From contig JBEDCE010000001.1 of the NCBI GenBank assembly GCA_041176905.1, forward strand, positions 1-51,082: DNA of 51,082 nucleotides, read 5' to 3'. The stretch comes from Pseudomonadota bacterium. Its GTDB lineage: Bacteria > Pseudomonadota > Gammaproteobacteria > Burkholderiales > Burkholderiaceae_C. Numbering within the stretch: position 1 is the stretch's first letter; each line of letters starts with the position of its first letter. Shown here one piece after another: positions 39,574 to 48,865 of this stretch. The notes under the pieces are model-generated. The model had not been told where the DNA came from and made no database searches. It saw only the letters and a program-made list of their open reading frames with translations. The translations under genes and the position numbers were made by a program.

Positions 39574-39648
39574 TGGTACCACCAACAGGAATCGAACCTG
39601 TATCTAGCGCTTAGGAGGCACTCGTTCTATCCATTGAACTATGGCGGC
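39574..39648 (-). tRNA. tRNA-Arg (CCT)
   Basis: Reverse complement GCCGCCATAGTTCAATGGATAGAAC-GAGTGC-CTCCTAA-GCGCT...GTTCGATTC...TGGTGGTACCA. Confidence 0.93.
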
Positions 39649-39679
39649 GGGCGTTTGATTTTATGCGCTGCAGCTACCT

Positions 39680-40867
39680 TCACTTGCTGAGCAAGCGCAT
39701 GGTGTCTTCCAAGCCTTTGAGTGTGAGCGGGAACATGCGCTGACCCATGAGTTGCTGAATGATGCCGATGCTTTGCCGGTATTCCCATAGGCCTTGGGGT
39801 TCTGGGTTGATCCACGCGAAATGTGGGAAGGCATGGGTCAGGCGCTGCAACCACTCGGCACCAGCCTCTTCGTTGCTGTACTCCACGCTGCCGCCCGGTT
39901 GCAAAATCTCAAACGGACTCATGGTCGCGTCGCCCACAAAGATGAGTTTGTGGTCTTTGTTGTATTTGCGGATGATGTCCCAGGTCGAGAATTTTTCGGC
40001 GTAGCGGCGCTGGTTGTGCTTCCACACGAAGTCGTAGACGCAGTTGTGGAAGTAATAAAACTCCAGGTGCTTGAACTCGCTTTTGACAGCGCTGAACAAC
40101 GTTTCGATGCGTTGGACGTGGTCGTCCATGGTGCCGCCCACGTCCATGAGCAAGAGCACCTTCACGTGGTTGTGCCGCTCGGGCACCATCTTGATGTCGA
40201 GGTAACCCGCGTTGGCCGCTGTGGCGCGGATGGTGTGGCCCAAGTCAAGTTCCAACTCGTTGCCCTCGCGGGCAAATTTGCGCAAGCGGCGCAGCGCCAC
40301 TTGGATGTTGCGCGTGCCCAGTTCTTGGGTGTCGTCGTAGTCGCGGTAAGCACGTTGGTCCCAGACCTTGACCGCGCTTTTGTTCCCACCTTGGCCGCCG
40401 ATGCGAATGCCCTGAGTGTTGTGACCGCCGTGGCCAAAGGGCGACGTGCCACCTGTGCCGATCCATTTGTTGCCCCCGGCGTGCCGCTCTTTCTGTTCTT
40501 CTAGGCGCTTCTTGAGCGTCTCCATCAGCTCGTCCCAATCGAGCTTGGGCGCCTTGGCCTTTTGTTCCTCGCTCAACAAACGTTCAAGCTCTTGGCGCAG
40601 CCAATCTGCAGGAATGGGTTGGGTGAAGTCGGCGATCGAATCCGCGCCCTTGAAGTAAGCGGCAAAGGCACGGTCGAACTTGTCGAAGTGCTTTTCGTCT
40701 TTCACCAAGGCCGTGCGCGCCAAATAGTAAAAGTCGTCCATGCTGCACGCGTCCGGGTTGCTCGGACCCACCACGTTGGCTTTGAGCGCGTCGAGCAGCA
40801 TCAAAAATTCCTTGACCGACACCGGCAACTTGGCCGCGCGCAGGGTATAGAAGAAGTCGATCAGCAT
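39680..40867 (-). CDS. VWA-domain (CoxE-like) MoxR partner
   Basis: GG.KWIGTGG.SPFG, LLLMDVGGTM MIDAS-like motif, YFHNC, VGDATMSP.E, W.NP. Confidence 0.85.
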   Translation of the reverse strand: MLIDFFYTLRAAKLPVSVKEFLMLLDALKANVVGPSNPDACSMDDFYYLARTALVKDEKHFDKFDRAFAAYFKGADSIADFTQPIPADWLRQELERLLSEEQKAKAPKLDWDELMETLKKRLEEQKERHAGGNKWIGTGGTSPFGHGGHNTQGIRIGGQGGNKSAVKVWDQRAYRDYDDTQELGTRNIQVALRRLRKFAREGNELELDLGHTIRATAANAGYLDIKMVPERHNHVKVLLLMDVGGTMDDHVQRIETLFSAVKSEFKHLEFYYFHNCVYDFVWKHNQRRYAEKFSTWDIIRKYNKDHKLIFVGDATMSPFEILQPGGSVEYSNEEAGAEWLQRLTHAFPHFAWINPEPQGLWEYRQSIGIIQQLMGQRMFPLTLKGLEDTMRLLSK

Positions 40868-40875
40868 GGGCTGTT

Positions 40876-41490
40876 TCAGTCGCTCACGTGGCGACTGAGC
40901 TGGTGCGTGAGGTGCGCCCGCACCGTGGGCCATTCGCTGGCCACGATGCTGTAGACGCAGGTGTCGCGCAAGGTTTCGGGGGCTTTGGGGTGGCGGTTGA
41001 TTTGGTGGCTGCGCAGCACGCCGTCGAGTTGGGCGCCTAGGCGTTCGATGCCGCGGCGGCTGGCGTGGTTGAAAAAGTGCGTGCGAAATTCCACCGCGAT
41101 GCAGTCCAGCGCCTCAAAGGCGTGGGTGAGCAACAAGCGCTTGCACTCGGTGTTCAGGGCGGTGCGTTGCACCGCGCGGCGGTACCAGGTGGAGCCGATC
41201 TCCACGCGCCGGTGGCCCGCGTCGATGTTCATGTAGGTTGTCATACCCACCGGGATGCCATGGACGTCGAGCACACAAAAGGGGTTCATGCTGCCCGCGC
41301 GCTGCAGGCCCAACCGTCGCTCAATCTCGGCGGCCATGCCTTCTGGCGTGGGGATGGCGGTGAACCAGAGTTGCCAAAGCGCGCCGTCGCGCACGGCCTC
41401 ACACAAGGCGTCGTGGTGGGCCATGGACAAGGGCACCAAGCTGGTGTGGGTGCCGCTGAGTGTGAGCGGCGCAGAGAAGGGGGATGTCAT
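40876..41490 (-). CDS. GNAT (RimJ/RimL-like) acetyltransferase
   Basis: EIGSTWY...QRT..NT..K.LLL.HAFE, N..SR..IERLGA..DG.LR, RDT..YSI...EWP. Confidence 0.88.
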   Translation of the reverse strand: MTSPFSAPLTLSGTHTSLVPLSMAHHDALCEAVRDGALWQLWFTAIPTPEGMAAEIERRLGLQRAGSMNPFCVLDVHGIPVGMTTYMNIDAGHRRVEIGSTWYRRAVQRTALNTECKRLLLTHAFEALDCIAVEFRTHFFNHASRRGIERLGAQLDGVLRSHQINRHPKAPETLRDTCVYSIVASEWPTVRAHLTHQLSRHVSD

Positions 41491-42341
41491 CGGTTGCGTT
41501 GGTTCATGAACACCAGCTTTTCAAACAGCGCGGTGTCTTGCTCGTTTTTCAGCAACGCGCCCACCATGGGCGGCACAGCGATTTGTTGCTCGGCGGTTTG
41601 CAGGGTGGACGCGGCGATGTCTTCGGCCATCAAGAGCTTGAGCCAGTCGATCAGCTCGGAGGTGCTGGGCTTTTTCTTCAGGCCGGGCAACTGCCGAATG
41701 TCGTAGAAGGTTTTCATGGCCGCACGCATCAGATCGTCTTTGAGCTGAGGAAAATGAACTTCCACGATGCGCTGCAGGGTGGCCGGATCGGGGAACTGGA
41801 TGTAGTGGAAAAAGCAGCGGCGCAAAAAGGCGTCGGGCAACTCTTTTTCGTTGTTCGAGGTGATGAACACCAGCGGGCGGTGCTTGGCTTTGATGAGCTC
41901 GCGCGTTTCGTAGCAATAAAACTCCATGCGGTCGAGTTCGCGCAGCAAGTCGTTGGGGAACTCGATGTCGGCCTTGTCGATTTCGTCGATCAGCAGCGCC
42001 ACCGGCTGCTCGGCCGTGAAGGCCTGCCACAACACGCCGGGGACGATGTAGTTGCGGATGTCTTTGACACGTTCGGCGCTGTCGGCGGTGTTGAGCTGGC
42101 TGTCGCGCAAACGGTTGACCGCGTCGTACTCGTACAGTCCTTGCTGCGCCTTGGTGGTGGACTTGATGTGCCACTGCAGCAAAGGCAAACCCAAGGATTG
42201 CGCCACCTCTTCGGCCAACAGGGTTTTGCCCGTGCCGGGCTCGCCTTTGACCAAGAGCGGTCGTTGTAAGGCCACGGCGGCGTTGACCGATAGCAGCAGG
42301 TCTGGGGTAGCGACGTAATTTGGGGTGCCTTGAAACTTCAT
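41487..42341 (-). CDS. MoxR-family AAA+ ATPase
   Basis: GEPGTGKT, LIDEIDKAD.EFPNDLL, TSN.EKELPDAFLRRC. Confidence 0.92.
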   Translation of the reverse strand: MKFQGTPNYVATPDLLLSVNAAVALQRPLLVKGEPGTGKTLLAEEVAQSLGLPLLQWHIKSTTKAQQGLYEYDAVNRLRDSQLNTADSAERVKDIRNYIVPGVLWQAFTAEQPVALLIDEIDKADIEFPNDLLRELDRMEFYCYETRELIKAKHRPLVFITSNNEKELPDAFLRRCFFHYIQFPDPATLQRIVEVHFPQLKDDLMRAAMKTFYDIRQLPGLKKKPSTSELIDWLKLLMAEDIAASTLQTAEQQIAVPPMVGALLKNEQDTALFEKLVFMNQRNR

Positions 42342-42377
42342 GTTCGCGCCTCTTGAGGGAGTCTATATAATCGAACG

Positions 42378-42391
42378 TTGATTTTTATCAA
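42378..42391. promoter_or_regulatory. FNR box
   Basis: Perfect TTGAT-TTTT-ATCAA just downstream of TATAAT (42366-71), between divergent moxR and cytochrome c genes. Confidence 0.75.
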
Positions 42392-42415
42392 TCGTCCACA
42401 GGATTGTGCTGCCAA

Positions 42416-43075
42416 ATGAAACACCTTTTGTCTTCTTCTCTTCGCAATGTATTGGCAACGGCTTCGCTGATGGCGGTGGCCTTCGCAGCCCACGCCCAAG
42501 GTGATGTTCAAGCCGGTGAGAAAAAAGCCGCGATGTGCATCGGGTGCCACGGTATCACCGGTTATCAAAACAGCTTCCCCGAAATTCACAAAGTGCCCAA
42601 AATTTCAGGCCAGTCGGGCGCTTACATCGTCTCTTCGCTCAAGGCCTACAAAAAGGGCGAACGAAAGCACCCGTCCATGCGCGGCATCGCTGGCTCTTTG
42701 AGTGACCAAGACATGGCCGATTTGGGCGCTTTTTACGCATCCCACGCCAGCAAGCCCGCCCCCGAGGCGATCAAAGCCCCCAGCGCGGCCGTTGCTGCCT
42801 TGCTGGACAAAGGTGCTTGTGTGTCTTGTCACGGTGCCAACCTGAGCAAGCCTCTTGACCCCAGCTACCCCAAACTCGGTGGCCAACACGCCGATTACCT
42901 CTATGTGGCCTTGAAGGCTTACACCGTTGAAGGTAACGCATTGGTTGGTCGCGCCAACGGCATCATGGGCGGTATTGCCAAGCAATACACCCCGGCTGAA
43001 ATGCGCGCCTTGACCAAGTACATCGCATCGGTCCAGGGTGAATTGTCGGTGGTGCCCCAGTCGCGCTTCCGTTGA
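42416..43075 (+). CDS. Di-heme cytochrome c4/c553-type protein
   Basis: Signal peptide, CIGCH and CVSCH, P.I.GQ...Y repeated in both halves. Confidence 0.9.
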   Translation: MKHLLSSSLRNVLATASLMAVAFAAHAQGDVQAGEKKAAMCIGCHGITGYQNSFPEIHKVPKISGQSGAYIVSSLKAYKKGERKHPSMRGIAGSLSDQDMADLGAFYASHASKPAPEAIKAPSAAVAALLDKGACVSCHGANLSKPLDPSYPKLGGQHADYLYVALKAYTVEGNALVGRANGIMGGIAKQYTPAEMRALTKYIASVQGELSVVPQSRFR

Positions 43076-43094
43076 TTCAACGGGCTTAGCCCCA

Positions 43095-43130
43095 GCGAAA
43101 AGGCCGCTCCATGAGCGGCCTTTTTTTCGC
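43095..43130. terminator. Bidirectional intrinsic terminator
   Basis: AAAAGGCCGCTC-CAT-GAGCGGCCTTTTTTT between convergent genes. Confidence 0.88.
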
Positions 43131-43144
43131 CCAAGGGCCCAGCT

Positions 43145-43579
43145 TCAGTCTTGGGTGGCGCGCTGGCGCACGTGTTCGATGTAGGCCTGCCCATCCGGGG
43201 GGCGCCCGGCGCGTTGGCTTTCCCAAATCATGCGGCCCAAGCATTCCATCACCTCGTGGTGCGCTTCGTGCAAGTCGCCGCGCCGTGCCGTGAGCAGCTC
43301 CACCGCTTGGCGGATACCCGGTGGCTGGTCGATGCTGCACTGCTCGCTGATCGACAGATGCATGGACAGGTGCAAAAACGGGTTGTCTTGGGCTTGGCTG
43401 GCTTGGCCCATATCGGCCAAGGCTTGGTCCACATCGGCAAACGTTGCGTGGTATTCGGTGTGTTCGGCCATCCACTGGGCGGCGAGCTGCTCCAAGGCTT
43501 CCATGGCTTGGCCGCTTTGGCTTTTGGCGTAGACGCTGCAGAAAAAGCGGCGCACATCGGCTTGTGAGGGGTTGAACAT
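43145..43579 (-). CDS. DUF1841 family protein
   Basis: MFNPS..DVRRFF, H.EYH, NPFLHLSMHLSI.EQ.SIDQP.G. Confidence 0.85.
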   Translation of the reverse strand: MFNPSQADVRRFFCSVYAKSQSGQAMEALEQLAAQWMAEHTEYHATFADVDQALADMGQASQAQDNPFLHLSMHLSISEQCSIDQPPGIRQAVELLTARRGDLHEAHHEVMECLGRMIWESQRAGRPPDGQAYIEHVRQRATQD

Positions 43580-44056
43580 TCAGGTGGCCTCGGGTGTGGC
43601 AAAGCCCTGTTGACGCCAAGCTTCAAAGGTGATGACGGCCACGGCGTTGGACAGGTTCAGGCTGCGTTGACCGGCCCGCATGGGCAAGCGCAGGCGCTGG
43701 CTTTCGGGGAATTGTTCGCGCATTTCGGGCTTCAGGCCTTGCGTTTCCGAACCAAACACCAGCCAGTCGCCGGGCGCGAAGGCGGTTTCAAAAGCGTTGT
43801 GGCTGCCGCGCGTGGTCATGGCGAACATCCGGTCCAAGGGTGGGTCGTGAGCTTGGATCAAGGCTGACCAGTTGGCGTGTCGCTGCACGTGCGTGTATTC
43901 GTGGTAGTCCAAACCCGCGCGGCGCATGTGTTTGTCGTCCATGGAAAAACCCAGCGGTTCGACCAAATGCAGGGTGCAGCCGGTGTTGGCACACAGGCGG
44001 ATCACGTTACCGGTGTTGGGGGGGATTTCGGGTTCGACCAAGACGATGTGGAACAT
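43580..44056 (-). CDS. trmL: tRNA (cytidine34-2'-O)-methyltransferase
   Basis: PEIPPNTGN..R.CA, RRAGLDY, FG.ET.GL, RSLNLSN. Confidence 0.95.
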   Translation of the reverse strand: MFHIVLVEPEIPPNTGNVIRLCANTGCTLHLVEPLGFSMDDKHMRRAGLDYHEYTHVQRHANWSALIQAHDPPLDRMFAMTTRGSHNAFETAFAPGDWLVFGSETQGLKPEMREQFPESQRLRLPMRAGQRSLNLSNAVAVITFEAWRQQGFATPEAT

Positions 44057-44084
44057 GGGGGCGGTCAGCAAGGTGGGGCTGGCA

Positions 44085-44825
44085 TCATAACGGGCCAAGC
44101 CCACGGTGCGGCGGTGTGCGAGCCAATACCCAGGCGCTGACCTTGGCCGCGCCCGCCTGTTTGAGGGCGCGTGCGGCGGCTTGCAGACTGGCCCCGGTGG
44201 TGCACACATCGTCTATGAGCATGACGTGTGACCCCAACCAACGTGATGCGTGTCGGGGGTGGGCCACGCAGGCCAAACCAGGGTTCACCAAGCGCTGCGC
44301 CCTGGGCAAGTCGTGTTGGTGTTCGCCTTCGCTCAAACGCACCAAACCGTCCGCCAGTGCGGGGGGTCTGTGCTCCAGCGGAACCTTGTCCAACAGCGCT
44401 TGGGCCATCAGCCATGCGGGGTGGTAGCCCCTGTCAGACAAGCGCTGCGGCGTCATGGGCATGGGCACCACCCAATCGACGCCCGACCAACGTTGAGGTG
44501 CACCCGGGGCATCCCACATGGCTTGGGCAAACCAGTCGGCCCATGCGACTTCGTCGCGAAACTTGAAGCGCGCCATCAAACCGCTCCACGGGTAGGCATA
44601 GTCAACGGCGGCCCATGTGGCGTCCAAGGCCGAGTCTTCGGGCCAACAGTCTTCGCAGCGCTGACCCGACACCCAAGCCCGGCTGGCACAACGTGGGCAG
44701 CGAGGCCGATCGGAACACGCAAAAGACCAACAAGCCTCACACACCGTGGCGGTCGGCCAGCGGCCGCAGAGTGCGCACACGCTGGGTGTGGACAAGGCCT
44801 TTGGGGCGGGGCGGTGCTCGGGCAT
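44085..44825 (-). CDS. comF: ComF family phosphoribosyltransferase with zinc ribbons
   Basis: N-terminal CxxC pairs, RGY, LIDDVCTTGAS. Confidence 0.85.
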   Translation of the reverse strand: MPEHRPAPKALSTPSVCALCGRWPTATVCEACWSFACSDRPRCPRCASRAWVSGQRCEDCWPEDSALDATWAAVDYAYPWSGLMARFKFRDEVAWADWFAQAMWDAPGAPQRWSGVDWVVPMPMTPQRLSDRGYHPAWLMAQALLDKVPLEHRPPALADGLVRLSEGEHQHDLPRAQRLVNPGLACVAHPRHASRWLGSHVMLIDDVCTTGASLQAAARALKQAGAAKVSAWVLARTPPHRGLGPL

Positions 44826-44907
44826 GGCCCCTATACTGACGGTCCTTTGGCGCTTTGTGGGCGCCGCAGCCCCCTTGGCCTCTGGCCTTTGACAACTTGT
44901 GCACACC

Positions 44908-45813
44908 GTGACGACCGAAGAACAACCCGTTCCTGGCTTGGATCCCGTGGCCAGCGCGCGCTGGTGGCGGCGCGCCCGTACTCACAGCCCTTGGCTGCAC
45001 GACACCATTGCCCAACGCATGGTGGAGCGGGTCGATTGTTTTCGAGAGCGTCCCCGCTCGTGGTTGCACGTGGAGCCCTTGCTGAGCGGTTTGGCGGGTC
45101 ACCGTTTGCTGCGCCAGCGCTTGCCCCAAGCCCGTGTGAATGTGGTGGCCCACAACATGGACGAGGCTTTGCGCGCCACGCAAGAGCCGCTGACCCGCTG
45201 GCACCAGCCTTGGACCTGGGGACGGCGCTTCACGCCCGAACCGGCCCAGGCACAAAGCACGGTGGACCTGGTTTGGGCGAACATGCTGCTGCACCTCACA
45301 CCCCACCCGCAAGCGCTGATGCGCCAGTGGTTGCAGCACCTCCACCCGCAGGGCTTTGTGTTGTTTTCGTGCCTCGGCCCCGACAGTTTGCGCGAACTGC
45401 GCGATGTGCACGCCCGCCTGGGCTGGCCCAGCCCCAGCCACGACTTCACCGACATGCACGATTGGGGTGACATGCTGGTGCAAGTGGGTTTTGCCGAGCC
45501 CGTCATGGACATGGAACGCATCACCTTGACCTACAGCGGCGCCGAGGCCTTGCTGGACGATTTGCGCGACATGGGTCGCAACTTCAACTCCCAGCGCGCG
45601 TCGCACCTGGGTGGGCGCGCGGGCCGTGAGCGTTGGTTGGACGCCATGGAGGCCCACTGGCCCCGCGACGCGCAGGGGCGTCTGACCCTGAGCCTGGAAG
45701 TCATTCACGGTCATGCGGCCAAAGCGCCCCCCAAGGTGTCGATCAAGCCCACGACCACGGTGTCGGTCGAGACCATGCGGGCCATGTTGCGGCCCAGTCG
45801 AGCCGAAGATTGA
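44908..45813 (+). CDS. BioC-like methyltransferase-fold protein
   Basis: DL.WANM.LH, FSC.GPD.L.EL, F.DMHD.GDML...GF..PVMDME; divergent from comF; start uncertain. Confidence 0.7.
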   Translation: MTTEEQPVPGLDPVASARWWRRARTHSPWLHDTIAQRMVERVDCFRERPRSWLHVEPLLSGLAGHRLLRQRLPQARVNVVAHNMDEALRATQEPLTRWHQPWTWGRRFTPEPAQAQSTVDLVWANMLLHLTPHPQALMRQWLQHLHPQGFVLFSCLGPDSLRELRDVHARLGWPSPSHDFTDMHDWGDMLVQVGFAEPVMDMERITLTYSGAEALLDDLRDMGRNFNSQRASHLGGRAGRERWLDAMEAHWPRDAQGRLTLSLEVIHGHAAKAPPKVSIKPTTTVSVETMRAMLRPSRAED

Positions 45814-45854
45814 ATGCGGATGTCAGGAATAACCCTGTCCTGAGGCGTTTACAA

Positions 45855-45868
45855 TTGACATATGTCAA
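45855..45868. promoter_or_regulatory. FNR/Crp-like palindrome upstream of the cox operon
   Basis: Perfect palindrome TTGAC-ATAT-GTCAA. Confidence 0.55.
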
Positions 45869-45963
45869 ACTGGCCAAGGACACCCGATTCGTGTCTGGGC
45901 CGCGGCGTTTGACCCGGGTTATTCCCTAGAGGAATGTGCCCATGAAGTTTGTTCTAATCCGTG

Positions 45964-45977
45964 TTGATATAAATCAA
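45964..45977. promoter_or_regulatory. FNR box upstream of coxB
   Basis: Perfect TTGAT-ATAA-ATCAA. Confidence 0.75.
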
Positions 45978-45999
45978 TGCTTATATTTGGGGCTTAAAA

Positions 46000-47193
46000 G
46001 TGAGTATGACAATTCCAACCGTTGACGCGGTGCGCAAGCAACTGACCTCTTGGCGCAACGCTGCCGCTTCGCTGGTCCTGTTGGCCGGTGTTTGGGCCGG
46101 CAATGCCGTGGCACAGGTCAACGACCTGCCTGGGGGCCCAGCGGTCAACCAACTGAACTTCGCTCCACCGGTCACCAAGATCGCTGAGGCCCAACACTGG
46201 CTGCACTGGTTCATGATGATCATCTGCGTGGTGATCTTCGTGTTGGTCTTCGGTGTGATGTTTTATTCCATCCTGAAGCACCGCAAATCGGTGGGTCACA
46301 AGTCCCAAGAATTGCCTGAGCCCATCTGGGTCGAGTTGGGTTGGACCATCGTCCCCTTGCTGATCGTCATCGGCATGGCCTTGCCCGCCACCAAAGTCTT
46401 GGTTGCGCAAAAAGACACCACCAATGCCGACATCACCGTCAAAGCCACCGGCATGCAGTGGAAATGGGGCTACGACTACATCAAGGGCGAAGGTGAGGGC
46501 ATTGGCTTCTTGTCCACCTTGGACAACTCGCACCGTGAAATGTCCAACAGTGGCAACCCGCCTCCCACCGACAACTACCTGCTCAAAGTCGACAACCCCA
46601 TGGTGGTGCCCGTCGGCAAAAAAGTGCGCGTGATCACCACCGCCAACGACGTGATCCACGCTTGGATGGTCCCCGCCTTTGGCGTCAAACAAGATGCGAT
46701 CCCCGGTTTTGTGCGCGACACCTGGTTCCGCGCAGAGAAGATCGGCGACTACTACGGCCAGTGCGCCGAGTTGTGCGGCAAAGAACACGCCTACATGCCC
46801 ATCCACGTCAAGGTCGTGAGCGCTGAGGACTACACCGTGTGGGTCAACAACCAGAAAAAGGCCATGGCCGCCTTGGCCGATGATCCTGCCAAAGTCTGGA
46901 CGCAAGCCGACTTGGTCAAGCGTGGTGCCACCGTTTATGCCAATTGCGCGGCTTGCCACCAAGCCAACGGTAAGGGTGGCGGCGCCATCAAAGCCTTGGA
47001 CGGTTCGGCTTTGGTGCTGGCAGCCGACAACAAAGACTTCATCAACATCATGCTCAACGGCAAAGGTGCCATGCCGGCTTGGAAACAGCTGTCTGACACG
47101 GAAATTGCCGCTGTGATGACCTATGCCCAGAACACCTGGTCCAACCAGACCGGCCGACTGGTGCAGCCCGCCGACGTCAAGGCCGCTCGCTGA
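46000..47193 (+). CDS. coxB: Cytochrome c oxidase subunit II with fused cytochrome c
   Basis: DVIHAW, CuA motif CAELCGKEHAYM, C-terminal CAACH; start 46000 or 46006. Confidence 0.96.
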   Translation: MSMTIPTVDAVRKQLTSWRNAAASLVLLAGVWAGNAVAQVNDLPGGPAVNQLNFAPPVTKIAEAQHWLHWFMMIICVVIFVLVFGVMFYSILKHRKSVGHKSQELPEPIWVELGWTIVPLLIVIGMALPATKVLVAQKDTTNADITVKATGMQWKWGYDYIKGEGEGIGFLSTLDNSHREMSNSGNPPPTDNYLLKVDNPMVVPVGKKVRVITTANDVIHAWMVPAFGVKQDAIPGFVRDTWFRAEKIGDYYGQCAELCGKEHAYMPIHVKVVSAEDYTVWVNNQKKAMAALADDPAKVWTQADLVKRGATVYANCAACHQANGKGGGAIKALDGSALVLAADNKDFINIMLNGKGAMPAWKQLSDTEIAAVMTYAQNTWSNQTGRLVQPADVKAAR

Positions 47194-47234
47194 GTGCCGA
47201 GTATCCAAACATCTGAATTTCAAAGGAAACGACC

Positions 47235-48851
47235 ATGAGTGCAGTACTGGACCACCACGACGCGCATGACCACCACGACCACCACGCCCCCACGGGCTGG
47301 CGCCGTTGGGTGTATGCCACCAACCACAAAGACATCGGTACCCTGTACCTGTTGTTTGCTTTTGCCATGTTGATGGTCGGCGGCGTCTTGGCGCTGGGCA
47401 TCCGTGCTGAGTTGTTCCAACCAGGTTTGCAATTGGTGAACCCCGGCTTGTTCAACCAGCTCACCACCATGCACGGTTTGATCATGGTGTTCGGCGCCAT
47501 CATGCCGGCCTTTGTGGGCTTTGCGAACTGGATGCTGCCGCTGCAAATCGGCGCCGCCGACATGGCCTTTGCCCGCATGAATAACTTCAGTTTCTGGCTG
47601 ATGATTCCTGCGGCGATCATGCTGTCCGCGAGCTTCTTCATGCCCGGTGGAGCACCCGCTGCAGGCTGGACTCTCTACGCTCCCCTGACCCTGCAAATGG
47701 GTCCTTCGATGGACGTGGCGATTTTTGCACTGCACATCTTGGGTGCATCGTCCATCATGGGTTCGATCAACATCATCGTCACCATCTTGAACATGCGCGC
47801 GCCTGGCATGACCTTGATGAAGATGCCCATGTTCGCTTGGACATGGCTCATCACCGCTTACCTGTTGATCGCCGTCATGCCTGTGTTGGCTGGCGCCATC
47901 ACCATGACCTTGACCGACCGTCACTTCGGCACCAGCTTCTTCAACCCCGCTGGTGGCGGTGACCCGGTCATGTACCAGCACATCTTCTGGTTCTTCGGTC
48001 ACCCCGAGGTCTACATCATGATCTTGCCGGCCTTCGGCATCATCAGCCAAGTGGTGCCTGCGTTTTCCCGCAAGAAGCTGTTCGGTTACGCCTCCATGGT
48101 GTACGCCACCGGATCCATCGCCATCTTGTCTTTTGTTGTGTGGGCTCACCACATGTTCACCACGGGCATGCCCGTGACCGGTCAGCTGTTCTTCATGTAC
48201 TCGACCATGTTGATCGCCGTGCCCACGGGCGTGAAGATCTTCAACTGGATCGCCACCATGTGGAAGGGCTCGATGACCTTCGAGACGCCCATGCTGTGGG
48301 CGGTGGGATTCATCTTTGTGTTCACCTTGGGTGGCTTTACTGGCCTGATCCTGTCGGTGGCCCCGATTGACATCAACTTCCAAGATACCTACTACGTCGT
48401 GGCGCACTTCCACTACGTGTTGGTGGCGGGTTCCTTGTTCGCCATGTTCGCCGGCGTCTACTACTGGTTGCCCAAGTGGACCGGTGTGATGTACAACGAA
48501 ACCCGCGGCAAGATCCACTTCTGGTGGTCGATGATTTCCTTCAACATCACCTTCTTCCCCATGCACTTCTTGGGTCTGGCCGGTATGCCCCGTCGCTACG
48601 CCGATTACCCCATGCAGTTCGCCGACTTCAACGCCATCGCTTCGGTGGGCGCGTTTGCTTTCGGTATTGCCCAGGTCTATTTCTTTGTGGCCGTGGTCAT
48701 TCCCGCCATGCGCGGCCAAGGCGAAAAAGCCTCGCAAAAACCATGGGATGGCGCTGAAGGTTTGGAGTGGGAAGTGCCTTCGCCTGCACCTTTCCACACC
48801 TTTGAAACGCCACCGAAGTTGGACGCCACCGCGACCAAAATCGTGGCTTGA
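47235..48851 (+). CDS. coxA: Cytochrome c oxidase subunit I (A1 type)
   Basis: NHKDIG.LY, GHPEVY, WAHH, HFHY. Confidence 0.98.
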   Translation: MSAVLDHHDAHDHHDHHAPTGWRRWVYATNHKDIGTLYLLFAFAMLMVGGVLALGIRAELFQPGLQLVNPGLFNQLTTMHGLIMVFGAIMPAFVGFANWMLPLQIGAADMAFARMNNFSFWLMIPAAIMLSASFFMPGGAPAAGWTLYAPLTLQMGPSMDVAIFALHILGASSIMGSINIIVTILNMRAPGMTLMKMPMFAWTWLITAYLLIAVMPVLAGAITMTLTDRHFGTSFFNPAGGGDPVMYQHIFWFFGHPEVYIMILPAFGIISQVVPAFSRKKLFGYASMVYATGSIAILSFVVWAHHMFTTGMPVTGQLFFMYSTMLIAVPTGVKIFNWIATMWKGSMTFETPMLWAVGFIFVFTLGGFTGLILSVAPIDINFQDTYYVVAHFHYVLVAGSLFAMFAGVYYWLPKWTGVMYNETRGKIHFWWSMISFNITFFPMHFLGLAGMPRRYADYPMQFADFNAIASVGAFAFGIAQVYFFVAVVIPAMRGQGEKASQKPWDGAEGLEWEVPSPAPFHTFETPPKLDATATKIVA

Positions 48852-48865
48852 TTCACCGTTAGACC

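Noticed and set aside
30436-39648. Integrative island running from the copper cluster to tRNA-Arg
   Set aside because: No integrase and no visible att duplication, and core-like fbpBC lies in between.
47250-47286. His-rich N-terminus of CoxA (DHHDAHDHHDHH)
   Set aside because: Common in betaproteobacterial subunit I; a low-complexity coding repeat, not a distinct element.
3451-48797. Long antisense or alternate-frame ORFs (e.g. 3451-4827, 5741-7708, 25835-27334, 37317-39050, 47220-48797)
   Set aside because: They shadow well-identified genes, have no recognisable motifs and are expected from GC-rich codon bias.
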